From Octopus bimaculoides (lineage: Eukaryota), in the NCBI RefSeq assembly GCF_001194135.2, contig NC_068987.1, forward strand, positions 59,632,668-59,678,421: 45,754 nt of DNA, written 5' to 3'. This document shows positions 35,773 to 45,754 of this stretch, piece by piece. The notes below the pieces were generated by a model that did not search any database, was not told where the DNA came from, and was given only the letters and a program-made list of their open reading frames with translations. The position numbers were made by a program, and so were the translations under genes. Numbering within the stretch: the stretch's first letter is position 1; each line of letters starts with the position of its first letter.

Positions 35773-36984
35773 ATATTTTGATTATGTATATGATTTTCCT
35801 CCATAGTTGAAAGCAAAATGCAAGACTATTTTTTAATGTTAAAATGTTTTATTATAATCAAGATTTCCACCCATAATTAAAGTTGCTCCAAGTGCAATAT
35901 TATGGCTTGTTTCATTATCTTTACGATTTCGATTATGTCTACGATTTTCCGCGATAGCTGACATTGTTGAAAGAAAAATACAACTTTTTAAAATTATGTT
36001 AAAGAGTTTGATTATGACTGCGATCTTCTTCCATAAGTAAAGCTGTTAAAAACATAGCTCGAGAACACATGTCGTGACAAACAGAAATATATTTTAAGAT
36101 TACAATGATTTCTAAGATAGGCATGATACTAGACATTTTATTGGAGGATATAAAAATTATTCGATTACTGAAGGCTGTTATATCGAATGAGAGATGAGAT
36201 ACTTTATTTTGTCTATACTTAGACTAAAATAATGATTATAATAAAATCAACTAAACATTTTGCTAAGATGCTTGTAATTGCTGAACTACTGATTAATTGA
36301 CAATAGATTCATGTATCCAACTTCAGCAAAATCAAGAACATTTTAATAAAATTTTAAACATTTTTCGAGGAAATAATATAGCATAAAAATAAGCTATAAC
36401 TGTCATTCAGAAATACCAACGTTAGTCATGAACATATTGAATGAATTCCAAATTCAATAGAATTACGTTCATCCTGATGCACTGTTAATCTATTCCAATA
36501 ACATAATTATTTGCCGTAGTCTAATCGATCTTTTAATTACTTTTCTGGACAGTTATTCAACCATCTGCTGTCACCGAAAGGCATTTAAGTTGAGAAATAA
36601 TTAATTTCGCCTGTACGCTTATGAAGAATAAAGAAATGAATGCACTTAGATATTTATAAGTTTTCCGGCAACTTTTGTCTTTAAGTCTAGTTTCTTGCTT
36701 TGTCGAAAATCTCAAGTTCTATCTAATGCATTTCTTCATTTCATCACCAATACAATGTTTGTTAGTGAAATTGTTATTGAACGTCATAATTATATGTAAA
36801 TAAGATTTAGAACTAAATAAATGGAAACTTGAATATTCATTAAATTTTTAAATAGTTTATATAACATTACCAGGCCTTAGGAAGTAATCATAATTTCTAA
36901 CGACAAATTGAAATAAACAGAAACTAAATAGGAGATGAAATTTCTAACGAGAGAATATTTTAATCATTATTATACAAACAGCAC

Positions 36985-37140
36985 AGTGAAGGCACGTGGC
37001 CAACTGATTAAGGTGTTCAGCTTAAATAGTAGGTTCGATTCCTGAGCCGGGCAGCATATCATGTCTTTAAGGCAATTCAAATTTCACTGTTTCAGTCTGA
37101 AGAACTATAAATGAATGCTGATCAGATGCTGGTGCAGTCT
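36985..37140 (+). mobile_element. Degenerate tRNA-derived SINE
   Basis: gaaggcacgtggccaactgattaaggtg...aggttcgattcctg (B box). Confidence 0.55.
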
Positions 37141-37696
37141 TTTCTACCTCTGTTGAGTCAAGGTCGAGAGGCCCAGAGAGTATCTATGTTTGTTCCCAAC
37201 TACATAGGGACTTAATATAACGAAAGCATGGTGTATGTTATCAAGCAATACTCGCTCGTGCGTGGACGTACTGTATACAGACAGCAGGCAAAGTAAGTAG
37301 GTTGAAATGCTGAAATGTCTGCCTGTAGCTCATGCAATGTATATTTATGATCTTCTATATTACTCCATTCGCATGAAAAAAAAAGATTGACTTCAACGTT
37401 TATCGTTTTAAGACCATTAAAATAGAGATAGATTTCTTGTCATAATACAAAAGCTGGAAGCTGTATATTGTTTTATCTTCACTAGCGTGATAAAAGGCTC
37501 AGGGATGTAAAGAAACGGAACTAAATTCTGAAAACACATATAGTCTTGTATTCTCCCAATTCTCACACTTCATTGGTCTTCTAGCTCCGTTGAATTCAGA
37601 ATTAGTCATGTAGATGAGTCGATTCAATCGCCTATAATTTTCCGTATAAGCGTTCACTTTATACTCAATCAAAACAATGCAATCAACAAAATAAAC

Positions 37697-37756
<60 letters not shown>

Positions 37757-37761
37757 GTCTG

Positions 37762-37848
<87 letters not shown>

Positions 37849-37860
37849 GTCTATATATCT
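37697..37860. repeat. (TCTA)n microsatellite
   Basis: Direct reading; similar tracts occur at about 9745-9806, 41564-41627 and 42660-42770. Confidence 0.98.
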
Positions 37861-37994
37861 ACCTATCTATCCGTATCTCCCCCTCTCTATCCTTCTTTCA
37901 TTCTTTCTCGCGCTCTCTCGCTCTTTCTCATTGTTCATTTTCTCTCTCTCACTCTCTCTCCCCTCTCTCTCTCCCCCTCTATCTCCCCCCCCTC

Positions 37995-38670
37995 NNNNNN
38001 NNNNNNNNNNNNNNNNNNNNNNNNNNNNNNNNNNNNNNNNNNNNNNNNNNNNNNNNNNNNNNNNNNNNNNNNNNNNNNNNNNNNNNNNNNNNNNNNNNNN
38101 NNNNNNNNNNNNNNNNNNNNNNNNNNNNNNNNNNNNNNNNNNNNNNNNNNNNNNNNNNNNNNNNNNNNNNNNNNNNNNNNNNNNNNNNNNNNNNNNNNNN
38201 NNNNNNNNNNNNNNNNNNNNNNNNNNNNNNNNNNNNNNNNNNNNNNNNNNNNNNNNNNNNNNNNNNNNNNNNNNNNNNNNNNNNNNNNNNNNNNNNNNNN
38301 NNNNNNNNNNNNNNNNNNNNNNNNNNNNNNNNNNNNNNNNNNNNNNNNNNNNNNNNNNNNNNNNNNNNNNNNNNNNNNNNNNNNNNNNNNNNNNNNNNNN
38401 NNNNNNNNNNNNNNNNNNNNNNNNNNNNNNNNNNNNNNNNNNNNNNNNNNNNNNNNNNNNNNNNNNNNNNNNNNNNNNNNNNNNNNNNNNNNNNNNNNNN
38501 NNNNNNNNNNNNNNNNNNNNNNNNNNNNNNNNNNNNNNNNNNNNNNNNNNNNNNNNNNNNNNNNNNNNNNNNNNNNNNNNNNNNNNNNNNNNNNNNNNNN
38601 NNNNNNNNNNNNNNNNNNNNNNNNNNNNNNNNNNNNNNNNNNNNNNNNNNNNNNNNNNNNNNNNNNNNNN
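37995..38670. other. Assembly gap (largest of several N runs, most of them flanked by microsatellites)
   Basis: N runs also occur at about 710, 1846-2161, 9896-10204, 10756-10958, 25117-25447, 32897-32906, 41947-42071 and 43561-44004. Confidence 1.
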
Positions 38671-39029
38671 TATATATATATATATATATATATATCAATC
38701 AGTGAACTGATCAATCAATTCATCTATGTGTCTTCCGAACAAGCGACCGAATTGGAAGGGTTATTCTTTTGAAGACGTACTGTATCTTTTCATGATTTAT
38801 CGGCTCTAAGATCTAGCTACTGTGCAGTATGAATGAAATTTACAACAACCGTCTAATGGTTTCTAATGGAACCTTTCAAGCTGCTTACTTCTTGTGATAG
38901 AATTTATAAATGTCCATGATCTGATTTGTTTTGGGGGTTTTATGATGCAGAAAATGTTAGCAGAAGGTTCTTAACGTCTGGTTTCCTTCATTTGTCAGGA
39001 TGTAATGTGAAACTCATTTCAAGCAAGCT

Positions 39030-39246
39030 ATTAATATTGATTTCTCACATAGGCAAAATGCCAGAAAATTTATGGGAGATGAGTGTAAGCAAATGAATCG
39101 ATCACACTACGTGACCGGTACTGTATCTACTTTTCGAGCCCGGAAGAATGAAAGGCAAAGTTGACAATGATTTGAAATTCGTACGTAGAGCAATGTAAAT
39201 AAGACATTTAATTCGGCGTTCTACCACTTCCGCCAACTCATTGCTC
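39030..39246 (-). mobile_element. Degenerate SINE family A
   Basis: Minus strand gagttggcggaagtggtagaacgccg...caactttgcctttcattcttccgggctcgaaaag...taccggtcac. Confidence 0.6.
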
Positions 39247-41563
39247 TAAGATTGTAGTTAAATGACTTGAAATCTAATGTTTAAAAGTTTTATTACAAAA
39301 CCAGATGAAAGATTGTGAGATGCAACTGGAAAAAAGGTTTTGGATTGCTGGCAAACGACCACTAATAGTAATAGAAATTATATTAATGGTGAAAATATCA
39401 GTTGCTTCTATTGCTCTTGAAAACTTTAGTATGAAAATATAACATCAAATGTAGAAATAAAACTAAATTACACATACGTATCATTATTGCGAGAAAGGTT
39501 TGATATATCTACTTTCCAAAGTTATTCTTATGTTGTTGATAGAAAACTATTCTTACACCTTAATCTATGAAAGCCCTCATGAAAAATAAAAGAGTTTGTT
39601 TCGACAATTTCAGAGAAGTGAGTAAAATATATACCTGTTTTGAAGAGTCGGGCGATAGTTTGTATTGCTTTACTATTCATATTGTTAAATTATACGTTAT
39701 TTGGTTCTTTGTGATAAAAAACAAAAACAAAAACTAAGCACATAAATATTTGAATGAAGAATACTTATCAACTTATATTCTAGCTCTGGCCTTCCTCTCC
39801 AAATATTACTGTTTGTCTAAATTTTCCATTTACTTCAAAAATCATAAGTATAATCTGAACATTTGACATGTTAAAGAAATTTATTTAAAGGAAAATGAAC
39901 TGGAATTTATGTGCTAGGGAATGGAACAGCAATAAAAAATATAATTCTATTATTGGTATGTAAGCTGGCGTTTAGTTATAGACATGCATAAAGTGTTGAA
40001 CCAGCGAAGGCGTTTCCATCAGTCGCTTGACTTGCTAAGAATAGTATCTAAGTCTCTCTAAAACTATACCTTATTATTTGCCTTCTTAAAAAGATACAGT
40101 GCATAATGTAGCCTAAAGTATATTATAAAGATGGGATGGTCATGGCTGGCATAGTTGTGAATATAAGCCTATTCGATAAGGGATTTAGGGATAAACTCCT
40201 TGTTGAATTGGCCGTTGACTACACACTAGTTCTTCCGCCTTTTGACGGGTCTTACTTTTCGTCCCGCAGGGTGTCCAACAATCATCTTCCTCATCAAGCG
40301 AGTTTGATGGGGTTACAGTTTAGTTGCCGACGACCCGACCATGCGACAAAAGATACTTAGTAATGTGCTGTCTGATATAAATACGAATGGGTAACCTCTG
40401 ATAATGAAGAAAGGTTTAATTAGCAATTCCCTAATGAAGTTGGTTGACATACTAAAGCCTTTTTGTAGAGCTGCAGCGTTTATGTACCATTAAAGGATTC
40501 TTGGTTCTGATATTCAAACTAGAAAACGTAAAGTATATTTTATTTTGTATAAACAGTTAATTATAGAAGTCTATAAGTTGAAATATAGGGACAGAATAAC
40601 AGAGTGGGATTGCTGCAGGTATCAATGATAGATGATTGTAATTTTAGTTTAGCCCCAAGTCAGCTGTCATTGAGTAAACTTATGATCAATGGCCTTCTAC
40701 ATGTGGTCGTTGCACATTTTTGTACATTAAGCATTACGTTTGCATTGTGTCCTGTTTTTTAAAGACAGCCTGATGTAGTTTGCCCTTCTAGCAGGTCGAT
40801 TGACATTGTAGAATCTTCTCCATCGATTCGGCAGTTCATGGTTATAATCACTGTACATTTGATCTTATACAAATATGTATCATTTTAGAGCTGCTTGGCA
40901 TAAGAAGTGTTAGCTCAGAGTTGACACTATGTTCACATACGTAAATATTTTACTAGTTAAAATATTAGGAAATTAATTGGGTGGACACATACTAATGATA
41001 GCATAGACTATATTATGAAGTCCGATCTACCCTTTCACTTACCAGAGAATAGTTCGCTCCACCAACAACCATTAAACCTTCGATAAGTTAATGTGACATC
41101 AACACTTAAGTGTTGCTACCACATCTGGGTTGGTTTTGCTGTGGCACATGCTGATAACTTAGACCGCATCTAGAGGAAACACCATCCAACCGATTGCAAT
41201 TAAGTTTTTCATGAACGCAAGATAATCTCTTGACAACAAACGTGCTGCCTCCTTTCTCTGCCTTTTCTAACGATATTGCAGTCACTTCTGTTTTTTCGAA
41301 CCTCCTAGCCACGTGTCACCTTCATTCAAGTAACCATGAGCGACTCGTCTCTTATCTTGATACTCATATTAAATCCAATCCCCAGCTACCCACCATGCAC
41401 TAACCATTGCGTACAATCTCTATCAGTCGTATAGAATTTTTTCCTATACATTTTCCTGTAGCTTTCGAAGTACAATTGCTTAAGAACAATTCCTGTGTCG
41501 CACTGACTGATCTTGGAACAACTGTGATGGTCATGGGGACAATACTACACTCAAAACTTCTAA

Positions 41564-41629
<66 letters not shown>

Positions 41630-42071
41630 CGATATATGTATATATGATGTATATGTTATATATTTATAAGATGTATATGCATACGTATATGATATATACA
41701 TATATGTATATACATATGTATATCATGTTAGTGTTAGCGAGCGTGGTTGCGCGAGCGTCCATGTGTGTGTTATAAGTTTATGGTGAAACAAATATAACGA
41801 TAGGGAAGTCTTAAATTGTTAACTTGCATGTTCTTCGCCAATCTGGTATGCAAGAGATAGACGTTAAATAGTGAACCAGATATGTATACATACATGCATT
41901 CATATATATATATATACACACACATAAATATATATATATATATATANNNNNNNNNNNNNNNNNNNNNNNNNNNNNNNNNNNNNNNNNNNNNNNNNNNNNN
42001 NNNNNNNNNNNNNNNNNNNNNNNNNNNNNNNNNNNNNNNNNNNNNNNNNNNNNNNNNNNNNNNNNNNNNNN

Positions 42072-42111
<40 letters not shown>

Positions 42112-42658
42112 GGAGAGAGAGAAAGAGAGAGTGGAGGAGAGAGAGAAAGAGAGAAAAGAGTTTAGGCTTTGATACAATGAGAGTTTGTATTTCGATAATT
42201 TGTTTCACTATATAAGCATGGCTTGTATTCTTGACCCGGAGAAGGTGAAAATGTCAAACAAAATTTGGATGGTCATGAAAGTTAGTCTGAAGATTTATTT
42301 CCAAAATGTAATGATTATTATAAGATCAAATTGCTGCTGGTACAATGTCATTTATTTGGCTAAAGTGATCCAGTGAAATAATGGTAATAAAATGTTTATC
42401 GATTTGGAAGGACAAACAAATTGCATTGTGTGTAATTCTGTTTTACAAGAAATTTCCCTACGTACATGGCGGCGGGTTTTCCTGTTTATATGAAGAGCCA
42501 AATTTTGTCTTCTTTCTTAGGAAATGATATAGTCTTAAGTAAATATACATAATTACTTGAAAACAATTTGCCTACATTTATTCTTGTATTTAGGAAAAGA
42601 AATAGAAAAAAAGTTACAAACCCACACGTTCTGAGAGTTTGTTTGTCTTCCTACGTGC

Positions 42659-42720
<62 letters not shown>

Positions 42721-42999
42721 GTCTGTCTGTCTGTCTGTCCGTCTGTCTGTCTGTCTGTCTAATCTATCTATCTTTTTATCTGTTTACTTGGTTTTAGTTT
42801 TCGAAAATCTCAGCAAGGAAGGAAGAGTCGGTTTCTAGCCTTTAAACGAAGCTCTTCATTCAGATTTAGACAACATCAGTAGAGTAGTCCTATATATTTG
42901 TATGCATGCGTATATATGTATGTATATGTAAACGATTATGTGTGTATGTACACGCTTCTGTACGTGCGTATGTATGTTTACATGGACACATGAATGCAG

Positions 43000-43340
43000 G
43001 CATGGATATCATTTCATATGTGGATCCTATTTCCTGCTAAGCTTCTTGAATGTCTCACAAATTTTGACAACGGCTCTGATTGGTTGAAATTATAATCTTT
43101 TGATAAACGTGTTCTTTCTGCGTCTTTAAAAAATTTTCTCAAATTAATCACGAAACTAAATGTTCCAATAATTATAGGCAGTAATCTAAAGCTATAATCG
43201 AGATTGTTTAGTTGAAGATTTCTCATCAGAGATATTTTCTTTTTCACTGATATTAAAATATTGGTATCTGCTGGGCAATTGAATTCAATTACTGTACATA
43301 ATTTTATCCCTCAATTTTAGTTCATTACAACTTATGTGTT
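43000..43340 (-). mobile_element. RLE-type LINE 3' fragment, same family as 12010-12500
   Basis: KLCTVIEFNCPADTNI...LMRNLQLNNLDYSFRLLPIIIGTF aligns with KLCTVVEISRPVDVNI...LLKNLQLLFPDYKFRFIPVIIGAH. Confidence 0.7.
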
Positions 43341-44004
43341 ATGTTTGTACTTTATCGAAGTTTTGACAGCGTTATTCCTCGTATTCTTTCATATCTTGCG
43401 TGATTATATCCTTCCCATCATTGTAGCTTCATATATTTTTATATTTGTATGGTCAGGATTATGAGTTCGACGAATTTCGTAATAATCTTCTAAACACAAC
43501 GTCATGTATCTACACACACACACACACACATACACACACACGTATTATATATATATATATNNNNNNNNNNNNNNNNNNNNNNNNNNNNNNNNNNNNNNNN
43601 NNNNNNNNNNNNNNNNNNNNNNNNNNNNNNNNNNNNNNNNNNNNNNNNNNNNNNNNNNNNNNNNNNNNNNNNNNNNNNNNNNNNNNNNNNNNNNNNNNNN
43701 NNNNNNNNNNNNNNNNNNNNNNNNNNNNNNNNNNNNNNNNNNNNNNNNNNNNNNNNNNNNNNNNNNNNNNNNNNNNNNNNNNNNNNNNNNNNNNNNNNNN
43801 NNNNNNNNNNNNNNNNNNNNNNNNNNNNNNNNNNNNNNNNNNNNNNNNNNNNNNNNNNNNNNNNNNNNNNNNNNNNNNNNNNNNNNNNNNNNNNNNNNNN
43901 NNNNNNNNNNNNNNNNNNNNNNNNNNNNNNNNNNNNNNNNNNNNNNNNNNNNNNNNNNNNNNNNNNNNNNNNNNNNNNNNNNNNNNNNNNNNNNNNNNNN
44001 NNNN

Positions 44005-44041
<37 letters not shown>

Positions 44042-44369
44042 GCACATACACACGGGCCTGCATACACCCACATACAAAATATAACATTTAACGTAGGGTG
44101 CTCACAAACCGTCCCCGATGATTAAAGTCTGATTAATTATATCTTCCGGACCCGTGAAATGGTTGAGGTCTTCGTAAGACCTCTCACTTTCTGAATTAAG
44201 CATACACACTGCATAAATGTATCCCGAGTCCTCGTTTCAACTATGATCTCGCCCGATTTTTAGTGGTCATATTTATATTCATCCATCCATCTATCCACCC
44301 ATCCATCCAAAACCTACCTACCTACCTACCTACCTACCTACCTACCTACCTACATTCCTATCTATCTAC

Positions 44370-44432
<63 letters not shown>

Positions 44433-45708
44433 CTAGCAAAAGCACCCGTGCTTAGGACGTGTAATTTATTATAATGGCACACTCCTTTGGACAGTTTAAG
44501 TTGAATTAACCCACAGTTAGAAGTCGTGTCCAGTTGGTAAACGTAAAACGTATAATCACCAATTTCGTTAGCAGTTTATTATATGGTATTAAGAAACCTA
44601 GGTAATGAATAAAGTATTTTGAACACAAATTTGGTAGTTAGTAATAAATGAATGTCTATGAAATGAGATCACAATTGCAGTAGGCATTAGAGATCCTATA
44701 TCTTACCTGAAGCGTTTTGTACCATGTTGTTATTTTACTCGTAATGCCTGACACAACCGTATTGAAGATTGTTTTCAATGAAAGTCATGTATGGTAGAAA
44801 GTGCAGCGACTGACCGATGGCTTTGATGTGCCCCGACACAGATCCTTCTAGTTTGTTTTGGTTTGAAGTCACATTGTTCTTTGTTCATCCGTTTCAGACT
44901 TTGAATCCTTAGCAGTTACAGAAGTTGCAGGTGCGTGTACTGCACGGGCAGCAGCATCGTAGGTAGCCTGCAGGGGCCTCTGGTCTTGAGTTTCATTATC
45001 CTGATATCTTCTGGCTTTGACGGCAGCGTGGGACAATCTACCAATGTGAGATCTCTTTCTCCTACTTGGCATTGCAGGGTTATCTGCAAAGCGAAGGTAG
45101 AGGTGGGGTTAAGTCGAATGCCTGAATGATGTTTGTTATACTATTGTTTGCTGAGTGGGTTCAGAAAAGTGTCACAATGGCCTTAGGAAGGGTAGAGACG
45201 TTTGAACCTTAGGGCATTCTGGTCAAACATTGTCTTAAGGCATTTAAAAATAGTTAAAAGTTGATTTAAATTGCATGTTACAATTTTGTATGAGTAAAAG
45301 CAGAGAGTATATATAATATGGATTAATTTTTGAAAGCATTTAAAAAATGATTATAAGTTGATTTAAATTGCATGGCTACCTCATGGAAGTGCTAACGTGC
45401 AACTATCGGCGGTTTGTAGTGAATGGGCTTTGTAAAAAGTCTAGTAGGAATGAAAGTAGCATGTCTACGCCATCAAGAGTAATGTACCTTGAAGCTACGA
45501 TCGTTGGTATTTGTTATTTACCTATGAGAAGGTGTTTTCGTCCTTTAGAGGCAACATTACTCATTATGTGGAAAACTGGAGGAGCCTATGACCATTTCTG
45601 GAACATAAATGATGTATGTTCCCAGCGTGAAAGAAATCGGATGAAAAATATTGATTTTCAGGGGGATCAAGAAAAAGGCCTATGTACACATACACACACG
45701 CACACACA

Positions 45709-45754
<46 letters not shown>
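44433..45754 (-). mobile_element. Helitron-like non-autonomous (internally deleted) element; 5' end lies beyond the window
   Basis: The minus strand ends ...CTAG (44433-44436) next to a T, preceded by an imperfect GC-rich hairpin (about 44441-44461). ORF 44869-45072 (MPSRRKRSHIGRLSHAAVKARRYQDNETQDQR) resembles the basic, charged N-terminus of Rep-helicase proteins. No Rep or helicase motifs are present. Confidence 0.6.

Noticed and set aside
37240-37300. Canonical donor GTAAGT after a short GC-richer stretch
   Set aside because: There is no convincing acceptor or recognisable peptide upstream.
1-45754. CRISPR arrays, rRNA, prokaryotic operons or defence systems
   Set aside because: No repeat-spacer periodicity, rRNA-like sequence or dense gene organisation is present; the content is eukaryotic repeat DNA.

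Overview
AT-rich, microsatellite-dense, gap-containing eukaryotic genomic DNA. The SINE families and repeat landscape look like an octopus (cephalopod) assembly, which is my inference and not a database result. I find no confidently supported host gene; the window is intergenic or intronic and mostly decayed mobile elements. These include two Penelope-like fragments plus a hammerhead-ribozyme-like motif, two mariner copies (one near full length with TIRs), and five restriction-like-endonuclease (R4/Dong-type) LINE fragments. There are also three Tx1-type (L1-clade) LINE pieces, a decayed RTE, a Helitron deletion derivative and about 20 tRNA-derived SINE copies. The best leads are (i) a SINE whose 3' tail matches the 3' UTR of the Tx1-type LINEs in the same window, within a SINE family that swaps tails, and (ii) a Penelope-associated hammerhead core with an unusually long stem II. 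Also notable are (iii) a nest of elements bounded by (TAA)n, including a 560-bp non-coding element, and (iv) an ORF1/ORF2-fused Tx1 deletion derivative. Many ORFs in the supplied track are artefacts of microsatellites and N gaps. Boundaries are approximate unless a TSD or TIR is quoted.
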